A stretch of 64,000 bases of DNA, taken from the NCBI GenBank assembly GCA_049322915.1, contig JBMOPW010000010.1:32001-96000 (forward strand), given 5' to 3'. Below are positions 21,901-30,415 of the stretch, one piece after another. This DNA comes from Candidatus Zhuqueibacterota bacterium (GTDB lineage: Bacteria; Zhuqueibacterota; Zhuqueibacteria; Thermofontimicrobiales; Thermofontimicrobiaceae). Under the pieces are notes generated by a model. That model was not told where the DNA came from. It saw nothing but the letters and a program-made list of their open reading frames with translations, and did not search any database. The translations under genes and the position numbers were made by a program. Every line of letters begins with the position of its first letter. Position 1 is the stretch's first letter.

Positions 21901-24900
21901 CCAGGCCGGATGGCTCGCAGAACAATCGGCTGGTTGCCTATTATGTGCCTGAAGAAGGTGCCACAGTCGGCGTCACTGAATTAAGAACGTACCTCAAGGA
22001 ACGGGTGCCTGATTACATGGCGCCGGCGGCATTCATTAAACTGGATTCTCTGCCGCTGACAACCAATGGCAAAGTGGATACCCGCGCGTTGCCTGAGCCT
22101 GAGATGGATCGTTCCGAGATGGAGAGCGTCTACGTTGCGCCGCGCAACTCGACCGAACAGCAGATTGCTGTTTTGTGGGCGGAAATTCTTCACCTCGAGA
22201 AAATTGGGGTGCTGGATAACTTCTTTGATCTGGGCGGGCATTCGCTGCTGGCGACTCAGATTATGAGCCGCATTCGTCAGACATTCGAAATTGATCTGCC
22301 GCTGCGATTGTTATTCGAATCGCCGACAATAGCCGGGCTGGCGGAGCATGTTCAGTCCGCTCCCAGGATTTCCGGCAGCGAACAGGAACCCCCGCTGGTA
22401 CCCATGCCGAGGGACGAGCGGATTCAGTTATCATTTGCCCAACAGCGCCTCTGGTTCCTGGATCAGCTTGAGCCGGATAATCCATTTTACAATATCCCAT
22501 CGGCCATTCGCCTGCAGGGACGTCTCGATATCAATGCGTTCCAGCAGGCCATCGCTCTGGTCGTGAAGCGGCATGAAACCTTGCGCACGACATTCAAAGT
22601 GTTTGAGGGCGAACCCTATCAGGTCATTGCACCGGAGCTGGCCATCAATATTTTGAAATTGGACCTGACCGATTATTCCGAGGATGACCGGGAAGATAAA
22701 GCGCGCGAGTTGGCGCGCGAGGAAGCACAGAAGTCGTTCAGCCTGAGCAAGGGACCGCTGTTCCGCGTCACGTTGATCAAGTTGAGCAGCAACGAAACCG
22801 TCGTCCTGTTCACCATGCACCACATCATCTCTGACGGTTGGTCCATCAGCGTGCTCATTCGGGAAGTGATCACGTTGTACCAGGGATTTGTTTCGAACAG
22901 CGCAGTGCAATTGCCGGCGCTGCCGATTCAGTACCCCGATTTCGCCAAATGGCAGCGCACCTGGTTACAGGGCAAAGTGCTGGAAATGCAATTGACCTAC
23001 TGGGAGAAACAGCTCCGGAGCATTCCTTCCATCTTAGAACTGCCCACGGATTACCCGCGCCCTGCTGTGCAAAGTTTCAATGGCGCGACGCATACAAAGG
23101 ACATTCCGCGGCATGTGCAGGAAGCGCTGGAGCAGCTCTGCCGGCATTACGACGTCACCATGTTCATGATGCTATTGGCGGCGTTTCAATCGCTGCTGTA
23201 CCGTTACACGGCGCAGAACGATATTGTCGTCGGAACGCCAATCGCCAATCGCAATCGCGCGGAGACTGAGGGCTTGATCGGATTTTTCGCCAACACGCTG
23301 GTCATGCGCACGGATTTTTCCGGGGATCCAACATTGCCTGAATTGTTGAAGCAGGTGAGGGAAATGTCGCTCAATGCGTACGCCCATCAGGATGTCCCGT
23401 TTGAAATGCTGGTGGAGCGATTGCAGCCGCAACGGGATCTCAGCCATACGCCCCTGTTCCAGGTGATGTTTGTCCTGCAAAACTTGCCGGCGCAGACCCA
23501 GCGGCTGGAGCAACTGACCCTGAGCACTGTGGATACGGAAAGCGGCACAGCGAATTTTGATTTGACTATGGGCATTGTGGAGCGCAAGGACGGGCTGAAC
23601 GTCACCCTGGAATTCAACACTGACCTGTTCAAAGCGTCGACCATCAACCGAATGCTGGATCATTTCCAGACGCTGATGGAAGGGATGGTGGCCGAACCGG
23701 AGAAACGGATTTCCAATTTGCCGCTGCTGGTGAAGGCCGAAGAGCAGCAGTTGTGGATCGAATGGAATGCCACGCATAAAGATTATCCGCGCAGCAAGTG
23801 CATCCACGAATTGTTCGAATCCCAGGTCGAAACCACGCCCAATGCTATCGCTCTGATTTTCCAGGATCAGCAGTTGACCTTCCAGGAACTGAATGAGCGC
23901 GCCAATCAACTCGCGCGGTTCCTGCGGAAAAAAGGAGTGGGACCGGAGCATTTTGTCGGCGTTTGTGTCGACAGGTCCATCGAGATGGTCGTCGGCATGC
24001 TGGGCATTCTGAAAGCCGGCGGCGCCTATCTGCCCATGGATCCGGCCTATCCCAAAGATCGAATCCGCTACATGATGGAGGATTCCGGCGTCAAAGTGCT
24101 GCTCACCCAGCAGGCGCTGCTAGGCCATCTGCCTGAAAATCATGCGGAAAAAATCTGTCTGGATACGGACTGGCCGATGATTGCTGCAGAAGTATCGGGC
24201 AATTTGAAATTGTACTCGTCATCCTCGAATCTGGCGTACATCATTTATACATCCGGTTCGACCGGTCGGCCCAAAGGCGTCATGTTGCAGCATCGCGGTC
24301 TGTGCAATTTGACGCTGTCGCAAATAAAGATTTTCAGATTGAAGCCGAACAGCCGCGTCCTGCAGTTTGCCTCGTTCAGTTTCGATGCGTCTGTATCGGA
24401 AGTTTTCGTGGCCTTGCTGGGCGGCGCCAGCTTGCATCTGGTGACCAAAGAAACACTGATGCCCGGACCGTCCTTGATCGAGTACATGCAGGATAACAGA
24501 ATATCGATCATCACCCTGCCGCCGTCGGTATTGGCGATTCTGCCCGAGAACAAATTCCCGCATCTGAAGACAGTCGTTTCCGCCGGGGAAGCGGTCTCCT
24601 GGGAGATTGCCAATCGATGGGCAAAAGGCCGGCGGTTTGTCAATGGTTACGGCCCCACTGAAAATACGGTGTGCGCGTCCATGTACTGCGTCGATGAAAT
24701 GGAAGAGGGCTCAACGCCTCCGATTGGCCGGCCCATTGACAACGTTCAAATTTACGTGCTGGATAGGTTCCTGAATCTGGTGCCGCCTGGTGTTCCGGGC
24801 GAATTGCACATTGGCGGTGTGGGCCTGGCCCGCGGTTACCTCAATCGGCCGGAATTAACTGCTGAGAAATTCATCCCCAATCCCTATTCCGAAGATCCAG

Positions 24901-26366
24901 GCGGTCGCTTGTACAAGAGCGGCGACCTGGTTCGTTATCTGCCCAATGGCAATATTGAGTTTATCAGCCGCATCGATCATCAGATCAAAATACGCGGATT
25001 CAGAATTGAACTGGAAGAGATCGAATCTGTGCTGGCGCAACATCCCAAAGTGAAGGATGTGATCGTCGTGGTGCGCGAACACGTAGCGAATGATAAGCGC
25101 ATCGTGGCCTATTACATTCCGGAGGAAGGCGTAGAACTCACTACGTCTGAATTGCAGGCAGTGGTGCGAGCGCAATTGCCGGAGTATATGATCCCGTCGG
25201 CGTTCGTGTTGATGGATAGTTTACCACTGACTCCCAATGGCAAAGTGGATAAAAAAGCGCTGCCTTCTCCGGATTATTCCAGCACCGACTCGAAGAGGGA
25301 GTATGTGGCGCCCAGGGACACGCTGGAATTAAAACTCTGCAAGATCTGGGAAGAAATGCTGGGCGTCGAGAAAATTGGTGTGCTTGATAATTTCTTCGAA
25401 GTGGGCGGACATTCCTTGCTGGCCGTACGCCTGCTTTCCAAAATTGAACAGCAATTTGAGCGGAGTATTCCGCTGGTCACACTGTTTCAGAATCCGACTA
25501 TTCAGAATCTGGCGGAGTTGCTGCGGGTCGATGAAACCCATGAGACGTGGTCGCCGATAGTGGAATTGCACAATAACTCATCTGAAAAGACGTTGTTCCT
25601 GGTGCATCCATCCGGCGGGAGCGTTCATTGGTATACCAATCTGGCCCAGCAACTGGATCCGGAAATGTCGACCTACGGCATACAGTCCCGCGGACTGGAT
25701 GGCAAGCAAGAACTGCATTCGGAGATAGGCGACATGGCGTCTTATTACGTGGATGCCTTGCTGCGCGTGCAACCGGACGGGCCATTTTATATCGGCGGAT
25801 GGTCGCTGGGCGTGGTCATCGCCTATGAAATGGCGCAGCAACTGAAGGCCATGGGCCACGATGTCGGCCTGTTGGCAATATTCGACCAGGGCCCGTTCGT
25901 TCCGGACGAAGCGCCTGAAGACGATTCTGAAATGCTGGTCCAGATGTTCTCCCGATATTTCCCGTTGGACGTGCTGCAATTGCGGGAGATGGATGCCGAG
26001 GAACGGCTGAAATTCGTTTTCAAAAAAGCGAAGAAAGCGGGTATCATTCCCCTGTTCATAACGCTGAAACATTTCCGCCATTACATCGATGTGATCAATA
26101 TCCAAACTCAAGCGTGGCGGAAATATGATATCAAACCGTATGTCGGGAAAATCACCATCTTCAGGTCAGAACAGAATAGCGATAATATCGAAGCAACGCC
26201 GGATCTGGGATGGGGCGAACTGGCAGAAGGCGGTGTTGAAGTATTCAACGTTGGCGGAGATCACCTTTCCATGTTAGAGGATCCAAATGTGCAGCGTCTC
26301 GCCGAGCAACTGAAAAGGAGCATAAAAAAGGCGAACGTTGAAATGAAAGAGATTATTTATAAATAA
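15954..26366 (+). CDS. NRPS 3: C-A-T-C-A-T-C-A-T-TE (modules 5-7, terminating)
   Basis: Three C motifs (HHIISDGWS, HHIISDEWS, HHIISDGWS), three A domains, three GGHSL T domains, and a thioesterase with GWSLG and GDH. Confidence 0.97.
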   Translation: MTEQMYQKYEEDVFVFPASYAQQRLWFLDQFEPNSPFYNIPSAIRFKGELNSEALEKGIQEIVARHETLRTTFAAVGGKPMQVIHPTLTLPVTRIDLRRNAEAERLDRAAQLAREEARRPFNLSTGPLVRVTLLELDDNDHVVLLTMHHIISDGWSMGVLIREMAILYNAFSHDRPSPLPELEIQYADYAEWQQQYLTGDVLENQLNYWKQQLGDGLSVLELPTDRPRPLVQSSRGSVETLLIPKSVNDRLNELAKKHGATLFMSLLAGFQVLLYRYSGQQDFCIGSPIANRNRSEIEGLIGFFVNTIVLRSRVSAEMSYTELLKLAKETTLGAYAHQDVPFEKLVEALQPERDTSHTPLFQVMFSLQNTSTDVNVAMPQVHLSTLDVDAGTATFDISLLMAEEAAGLSASIEYNTDLFDAATIQRMLNHFHIILQTAVDQPELSLSKINLLTSEEQRQILKTWNQTEETFTGPFTLHERLEHQAARTPESVAVIYESEHLTYKELNERANRFARYLQTLGAAPETVVGVSVERSLNMVVALFGILKTGAAYLPLDPNYPRERLALMLEDSGAPILVTQKHLYEQFADVTCQVVCIDAALNKFADLDASDLNIPVDPKNMAYCIYTSGSTGKPKGVMLTHSSAVNHNFSISQLFRLSPDDHVLQFATINFDAAVEEIFPTLAIGATLVVRNNDILISGADLLRLIDKERLTVLDLPTAYWHEWVTELARSKITLPESLRLVILGGDKASPERFLTWKKLGGNRVSLVNTYGPTETTVVSTMYEPCAAENNTTDLIELPIGRPIANTKIYILDASMQPVPVGVPGELYIGGHGLARGYLQRPELTAEKFVPDPFSNNVGARLYRTGDLVRYRPDGMIEFSGRVDFQLKIRGFRVEIGEVESALRKNTRIQDVAVIATAGETASSEKRLVAYCACLPEDEVTPSELRDFLKAHLPEYMIPSLFVMMEELPKTPNGKLDRKALPDPTGERQNLVQEFIAPRNETEAKLAAIWREILGIEKVGVLDNFFEIGGHSLLATQVMSRIRETFQKELPLRSIFEDATIAGLARLIALVKTDEPGFTAPPIVPVSRDSDLLLSFSQQRLWFLDQLEPGSAAYNIPTAVKVHGALDKTVFHKCLKYLVQRHEGLRTNFREVAGRPVQVIAESLDIQMPEIDIRHIPAEERETEILRLADEDARKPFNLSADPLVRVTLIRADEEEYVVSVTMHHIISDEWSTNILIQEIAQLYDAFALDRPSPLPELTIQYADYAHWQQNWLRGEVLQTQLDYWKNQLAGSPPVLELPMDHPRPAVQTFNGSFISFELEQELSAGIIELSERSGATLFMTLLAAFQTFLFRYSGQKDIVVGTPIANRTRVETESIIGFFINTLVLRTDLSGDPTFRDVLQRVREVALGSYAHQDVPFEKLVDVLKPERELSHSPLFQVMFVLQNTPSRSHETNTGLLLSPIESHSGTAKFDLTLFMVEQDNRLFGTLEFNTDLFEESTILRMSRHFENLLRSIAFNPDLAISTLPLLSESEIQRAVIEWNATKQDYPGDKFLVQAFETQVKKIPTEIAVRYQGQELSYAALNEQANQLAYYLMKQGIGPEVMVGVEIERSLEMMVALLGILKAGGAYVPIDPSYPKERVDYILSDSGIPIILTQSKLMPSLPQTQVHLVQMDVDWDLIRNEKRTNPCVTIGGENLAYMIYTSGSTGKPKGTLITHRGLTNYLNWCLSEYPIRDGVGSLVHSSLAFDATVTGLFAPLLVGRTVTLVPETKDVEIVGSILKESENYSIIKITPAHLELLGQQLTPEEAQGKTRAFIIGGENLTSEHIEFWRKNAPKTKLINEYGPTETVVGCMNYLADPRSKRRGSIPIGFPIGNMQIYLLDSRLAPVPIGVPGEIYIGGEGVARGYHNRPDLTAERFIPTPFSDKPGARLYKSGDLARYLPDGNIEFLGRIDHQVKIRGYRIELGEIEAVLGQFAGVKEIVVVARPDGSQNNRLVAYYVPEEGATVGVTELRTYLKERVPDYMAPAAFIKLDSLPLTTNGKVDTRALPEPEMDRSEMESVYVAPRNSTEQQIAVLWAEILHLEKIGVLDNFFDLGGHSLLATQIMSRIRQTFEIDLPLRLLFESPTIAGLAEHVQSAPRISGSEQEPPLVPMPRDERIQLSFAQQRLWFLDQLEPDNPFYNIPSAIRLQGRLDINAFQQAIALVVKRHETLRTTFKVFEGEPYQVIAPELAINILKLDLTDYSEDDREDKARELAREEAQKSFSLSKGPLFRVTLIKLSSNETVVLFTMHHIISDGWSISVLIREVITLYQGFVSNSAVQLPALPIQYPDFAKWQRTWLQGKVLEMQLTYWEKQLRSIPSILELPTDYPRPAVQSFNGATHTKDIPRHVQEALEQLCRHYDVTMFMMLLAAFQSLLYRYTAQNDIVVGTPIANRNRAETEGLIGFFANTLVMRTDFSGDPTLPELLKQVREMSLNAYAHQDVPFEMLVERLQPQRDLSHTPLFQVMFVLQNLPAQTQRLEQLTLSTVDTESGTANFDLTMGIVERKDGLNVTLEFNTDLFKASTINRMLDHFQTLMEGMVAEPEKRISNLPLLVKAEEQQLWIEWNATHKDYPRSKCIHELFESQVETTPNAIALIFQDQQLTFQELNERANQLARFLRKKGVGPEHFVGVCVDRSIEMVVGMLGILKAGGAYLPMDPAYPKDRIRYMMEDSGVKVLLTQQALLGHLPENHAEKICLDTDWPMIAAEVSGNLKLYSSSSNLAYIIYTSGSTGRPKGVMLQHRGLCNLTLSQIKIFRLKPNSRVLQFASFSFDASVSEVFVALLGGASLHLVTKETLMPGPSLIEYMQDNRISIITLPPSVLAILPENKFPHLKTVVSAGEAVSWEIANRWAKGRRFVNGYGPTENTVCASMYCVDEMEEGSTPPIGRPIDNVQIYVLDRFLNLVPPGVPGELHIGGVGLARGYLNRPELTAEKFIPNPYSEDPGGRLYKSGDLVRYLPNGNIEFISRIDHQIKIRGFRIELEEIESVLAQHPKVKDVIVVVREHVANDKRIVAYYIPEEGVELTTSELQAVVRAQLPEYMIPSAFVLMDSLPLTPNGKVDKKALPSPDYSSTDSKREYVAPRDTLELKLCKIWEEMLGVEKIGVLDNFFEVGGHSLLAVRLLSKIEQQFERSIPLVTLFQNPTIQNLAELLRVDETHETWSPIVELHNNSSEKTLFLVHPSGGSVHWYTNLAQQLDPEMSTYGIQSRGLDGKQELHSEIGDMASYYVDALLRVQPDGPFYIGGWSLGVVIAYEMAQQLKAMGHDVGLLAIFDQGPFVPDEAPEDDSEMLVQMFSRYFPLDVLQLREMDAEERLKFVFKKAKKAGIIPLFITLKHFRHYIDVINIQTQAWRKYDIKPYVGKITIFRSEQNSDNIEATPDLGWGELAEGGVEVFNVGGDHLSMLEDPNVQRLAEQLKRSIKKANVEMKEIIYK

Positions 26367-26443
26367 CAGGTGCATCAATGCCTTTTTGAAACAAAGCGTG
26401 ATTCACTTAAATTCTCAAGGGGGAAAAAAGGGAGAAATAAATT

Positions 26444-27730
26444 TTGAACGAAGAGAAGTCTAAACCAACAAAACTGTGGAACCGGAATTACTTGCTGCTC
26501 TGGCAGGGCCAGGCAGTGAGCAAAATCGGTTCACAACTTTATCTGATTGCTATTGTGCTATGGCTCAAGCATGCGACCGAGTCAGGCACTCTGATGGGTC
26601 TGATGCCGGCCTTAAGCGGCGTCATCCTGGTGCTGTTGGGCCCGATTGCCGGCACATTTGCTGATCGCTATTCGCGCAGAAAGATCATTATTCTCACTGA
26701 TCTGTTGAGTGGGATTGCGGTGATCGCCCTCGCAGTGCTGGTGTTCTTGCATGGGGGGAATACTGAATTAGTTGTTCTGGGAATCTTTATTATTTCAATC
26801 ATCATGGCGATTCTTTCATCATTTTTCAGCCCGGCAATCGAAGCGTCCATCCCGGACATCGTCCCAAAAGCTCAACTCCGCGGTGCAAACACACTCAGTC
26901 AGTTATCCAATCAAATTGCTATGCTCATCGGTCAGGGATTGGGCGGGACATTTTTCATAATTCTCGGGGGACCACTAATATTCCTCATCAATGGTATGTC
27001 CTTTCTGTTTTCAGGCGTGAGCACGATGTTCGTCTCCATTCCGCAGTCCCTGCCTGAGAGCACGACAGGTGGTTGGAAAAAGCAGTTCCGGGAATTCAAG
27101 GCAAATACAATGGAGGGCTTCCACTATATCTGGCAGAAGTCCGGCTTGCGGGAACTGTTCAGCGTTTCGGCAGTTTTAAACTTCTTCACCATGCCGGTGA
27201 TTATCCTTCTGCCGTTTTTGGTGGAGGACCACCTCAAAGTGAATGTCGCCTGGTACGGAACACTGATGGCTGTGTACGCTGTGGGATCGTTGTTAGGCTA
27301 CACATTCGGCAGCATTCGAAAATCGAACGGGAGAGAGCGAAGGACGTTCATTATCACGTTCCTCATTCTCGAAGCAACGGCTTACGCGGTCATGGGTGTC
27401 GTTTCCTCGCTTGTCATGGCGATGATCTTAGCGACCTTCGCCGGATTCGCAGGAGGATTCATCACGCTCAATATCACCACGCTGTTGCAGATCACCACGC
27501 CGGGCAACATCCGAGGTCGTGTATTTGGCGCGCTGGGGACGTTGGTCGCCAGTATCGCTCCACTGGGCATGGCGCTGGGCGGCTTTGCTTTTGATTTGCT
27601 CGATAAAAATGTGACAGCCATATACGTGACCTGTGGTTCCGTAATGGCGGCTTTATCGATCATGATTTCGTTCAATAAAAAATTCCGCGAATATATTTCG
27701 TTCGAACTGGCTGAGGAAAAAGCTGTGTAG
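26444..27730 (+). CDS. MFS transporter (probable product exporter)
   Basis: About 12 hydrophobic segments, motif-A-like GTFADRYSRRK and second-half RGRVFG. TTG start after a GGAG RBS. Confidence 0.9.
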   Translation: MNEEKSKPTKLWNRNYLLLWQGQAVSKIGSQLYLIAIVLWLKHATESGTLMGLMPALSGVILVLLGPIAGTFADRYSRRKIIILTDLLSGIAVIALAVLVFLHGGNTELVVLGIFIISIIMAILSSFFSPAIEASIPDIVPKAQLRGANTLSQLSNQIAMLIGQGLGGTFFIILGGPLIFLINGMSFLFSGVSTMFVSIPQSLPESTTGGWKKQFREFKANTMEGFHYIWQKSGLRELFSVSAVLNFFTMPVIILLPFLVEDHLKVNVAWYGTLMAVYAVGSLLGYTFGSIRKSNGRERRTFIITFLILEATAYAVMGVVSSLVMAMILATFAGFAGGFITLNITTLLQITTPGNIRGRVFGALGTLVASIAPLGMALGGFAFDLLDKNVTAIYVTCGSVMAALSIMISFNKKFREYISFELAEEKAV

Positions 27731-27852
27731 CGTAGATTCGTCGGGTATCCGAAGTAGAAATGACGAAATGAAATTACGCAATCAGGTCGGTTCGGTTGTA
27801 ATATACTGTGGCTTCCGCGTCGGGGGGATGAATTTTTCTGGAGGAAAAACCA

Positions 27853-28167
27853 GTGTCAGCGTATTGTAAAGCATATCAACTATCGGCATTGCGTCAATTC
27901 CCCGGCTGGATGGAGCAAAGAACATCGGGCGAACCCGTCGCACAGGATGGCAGCGGGAAGAATTCGATATCGGACCAACTGCGGGAAACAGATTATCTGT
28001 TTTTGCACGATAGCTATGTGGTGACGAACGGAATTTTCGAGGATAAAAATATCGTATTCGATCGGGTGACGCCGGAATGGAAAAAGTTCTGTCAGATAGA
28101 GCTGCAGTTCAATATTCCCGGCGACGATGCCGATAGACCCGGAGACAATCATCGGGTGAAAATTTAA
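27853..28167 (+). CDS. Small hypothetical protein within the NRPS cluster
   Basis: GAGGA RBS before the GTG start; co-oriented with the cluster; protein-like sequence (YCKAY..LRQF.GW; YLFLHDSYVVT.GIF.D; EWKKFC). Confidence 0.75.
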   Translation: MSAYCKAYQLSALRQFPGWMEQRTSGEPVAQDGSGKNSISDQLRETDYLFLHDSYVVTNGIFEDKNIVFDRVTPEWKKFCQIELQFNIPGDDADRPGDNHRVKI

Positions 28168-28480
28168 TAATACAACCTGTAATTCTAAATTAATTTGTTC
28201 AGCGCCGGTCTTCAAATACCAAATAGCGATTAGATACCAATAATCAAAGAGATAAATACAGAACTCAAGCAAAACATGATAGCATGGTTTAAGTGAGCAG
28301 CGGTTTGAAAATTGAAATTTTGGTATTGTTATTTATTTGTGGTTTAGAAATTGTTTTTTGGAATTTTCAGAATTCCAATTTAGAAATTCAGATACAATTT
28401 TAAGTAATGGGGCGCGGGTGAAGGTGTTGCTATGGACATACACCTGAAAAAATTGGGAACACTAAAATAGAGGTGACAAA

Positions 28481-28699
28481 ATGAACAGAGAAGAAAGAGA
28501 AGATACCACGATTTACAAAGTTGTTATCAATCATGAAGAGCAATATTCGATCTGGCCAGCGGACAGGGATAATCCACTTGGCTGGAAAGATGCTGGCAAG
28601 ACCGGCTTGAAGGCGGAGTGTCTCGAATACATTAAAGAAGTCTGGACTGATATGCGTCCGCTCAGCCTGCGAAAAAAAATGGAGGCAATGGGTAATTAG
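28481..28699 (+). CDS. mbtH: MbtH-like protein
   Basis: Signature [13 protein letters not shown]...P.GW...[17 protein letters not shown] with the three conserved Trp residues. Confidence 0.98.
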   Translation: MNREEREDTTIYKVVINHEEQYSIWPADRDNPLGWKDAGKTGLKAECLEYIKEVWTDMRPLSLRKKMEAMGN

Positions 28700-28732
28700 C
28701 CAGCCGTTTCTCCTGCAATGTTTAACTTTTTC

Positions 28733-28762
28733 CAAGGGGACTATCATTCGATAGTCCCCTTG
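28733..28762 (+). terminator. Perfect 13-bp stem-loop after mbtH (terminator or mRNA-stabilising hairpin)
   Basis: CAAGGGGACTATC-ATTC-GATAGTCCCCTTG, with no U-tract after it. Confidence 0.5.
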
Positions 28763-28833
28763 TCGCATTCACCGAAAACGTGCGGATGAATTGTCGTTGA
28801 TTTGTACGTAATTAATAAACTTATTAAAATAGA

Positions 28834-29619
28834 ATGATTCCATCAACTAATGCTACAGCCTGGTTTGGGTATTACAAGCCTAAATCAGAGGCCACAATGC
28901 GATTGTTCTGTTTTCCCTTTGCTGGCGGAAATGCGTTGACATATCGGACCTGGGGCGATCTGCTGCCCCGCTGGCTGGATGTGTGTCCGGTGGAGTTGCC
29001 CGGCCGCGGCAGCCGGCTGCGCGAAGCCCCGTTCACCGATATTGCGACGCTCGTACCTTCACTGGGGCGCGCGCTGGTTTCGTTGCTGGATAAACCATAC
29101 GCGCTGTTCGGCCACAGTCTGGGCACGCTCATCGGTTTTGAACTGATTCGCTATTTCAGAAAAAATTCCCTGCCGCAGCCAGTGCACTTTTTTGTGTCCG
29201 GGCATACGTCGCCGAGTTGGCCCGGGACGCATCCGCCCATTCATAATCTGCCGGAATTCCAATTCATTCTGGAACTCAGAAAGCTGAATGGCACGCCCGA
29301 GGCAGTGCTGGCGAACGATGAACTGATGCAACTTCTTTTACCAGTGTTGCGCGCTGATTTTGCCATGAATGAAACCTATACGTATCGCGAGTCGCTTCCA
29401 ATTGACTGTCCCATCACTGCGTTCGGTGGAACGGAGGACAAGGATGTCACGCGGGAGAGTCTGGAGGCGTGGGCAAAGGAGACGCGGGGCAATTACTCAT
29501 TGACGATGCTCGCCGGTGACCATTTTTTCATCCAGTCGTCACAGCAGGTCATTCTGGCTTCGGTAGAAAACGAGCTGTCCCGGCATGCGCAACATACTGT
29601 TGCGAGGAGAGTTGGGTGA
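28834..29619 (+). CDS. Type II thioesterase (GrsT/SrfAD-like)
   Basis: RLFCFPFAGG, ELPGRGSR, GHSLG nucleophile motif, LRADF, GDHFF. Confidence 0.95.
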   Translation: MIPSTNATAWFGYYKPKSEATMRLFCFPFAGGNALTYRTWGDLLPRWLDVCPVELPGRGSRLREAPFTDIATLVPSLGRALVSLLDKPYALFGHSLGTLIGFELIRYFRKNSLPQPVHFFVSGHTSPSWPGTHPPIHNLPEFQFILELRKLNGTPEAVLANDELMQLLLPVLRADFAMNETYTYRESLPIDCPITAFGGTEDKDVTRESLEAWAKETRGNYSLTMLAGDHFFIQSSQQVILASVENELSRHAQHTVARRVG

Positions 29620-30362
29620 GCCTTGCTCAAAATGTCTGGAAGACGCCTCCTGAAAATTTGATCCTTGAAAATTCGGAGGCGCATGTCTGGAAAGTGCTGC
29701 TCAACAGATCAGACTCGCAGATTGACCGGTTGAAGACTGTCCTTTTGCCGGACGAACATACCCGGGCCGGGCGTTTTTATTTTCAAAAAGACAGGGATGC
29801 ATTCACCATCGCCAGAGGGATGCTGAGGATTATCTTGAGCCGCTATGTGCGCTTTGAACCCAATGAATTGGCGTTTGATTATTCATCATACGGCAAACCC
29901 TCTCTTCAGGCGCGGTTCAATGCAAACATGCTGCAATTCAACCTGTCCCATTCTCATCACATTGCCCTGATCGCAGTGTGCTGGCAGCACGAAATCGGCG
30001 TGGATGTGGAATGGATGCGCGATACCCTGTCTGACATGCAGATTGCAGAGAGATTTTTTTCGCCGGCGGAAGTGGCGGCGCTTCTAACCGTACCGCCGGC
30101 CGAGCAGAAGGGGGCTTTTTTTAATTGCTGGACCAGAAAGGAAGCGTTCATCAAGGCCAAAGGCATGGGCCTCTCCATTCCGCTGGATCAATTTGATGTG
30201 TCGCTGAAACCGGGTGAACCGGCCGTCCTGCAGCAAACCGGTTTCGAGCCGGACGAAGCCTGTAAATGGGCAATGATCGATGTCCCGCTGGAGAGCGACT
30301 ATCGCGCGGCGCTGGCGATTTCGAGAACGATAACACGAATTACATATTGGCAAGCAGCCTGA
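29616..30362 (+). CDS. Sfp-type 4'-phosphopantetheinyl transferase
   Basis: YGKP, FNLSHS, IGVDVE, WTRKEAFIKAKG. GTGA overlap with the upstream stop. Confidence 0.96.
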   Translation: MSLAQNVWKTPPENLILENSEAHVWKVLLNRSDSQIDRLKTVLLPDEHTRAGRFYFQKDRDAFTIARGMLRIILSRYVRFEPNELAFDYSSYGKPSLQARFNANMLQFNLSHSHHIALIAVCWQHEIGVDVEWMRDTLSDMQIAERFFSPAEVAALLTVPPAEQKGAFFNCWTRKEAFIKAKGMGLSIPLDQFDVSLKPGEPAVLQQTGFEPDEACKWAMIDVPLESDYRAALAISRTITRITYWQAA

Positions 30363-30415
30363 GATTGCGACAATTGAAGTCGAGTTTTTCACAGAAACGG
30401 AAAAGGGAACCTGTC

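Noticed and set aside
1537..26111. Many long antisense or alternate-frame ORFs over the NRPS genes (e.g. 7303-8559, 11970-13382, 20172-21173)
   Set aside because: They are shadow frames of GC-biased coding sequence, with no recognisable motifs or RBS, and fully overlap well-supported genes.
27880..28272. 130-aa minus-strand ORF beginning MLEFCIYLFDYWYL
   Set aside because: It is a translation of the AT-rich repeat arm plus antisense of the 27853 gene.
30266..30415. Extended N-terminus of the sulfotransferase in the ORF track
   Set aside because: It overlaps the PPTase by ~100 bp; ATG 30416 has a purine-rich RBS and gives a normal-length protein.
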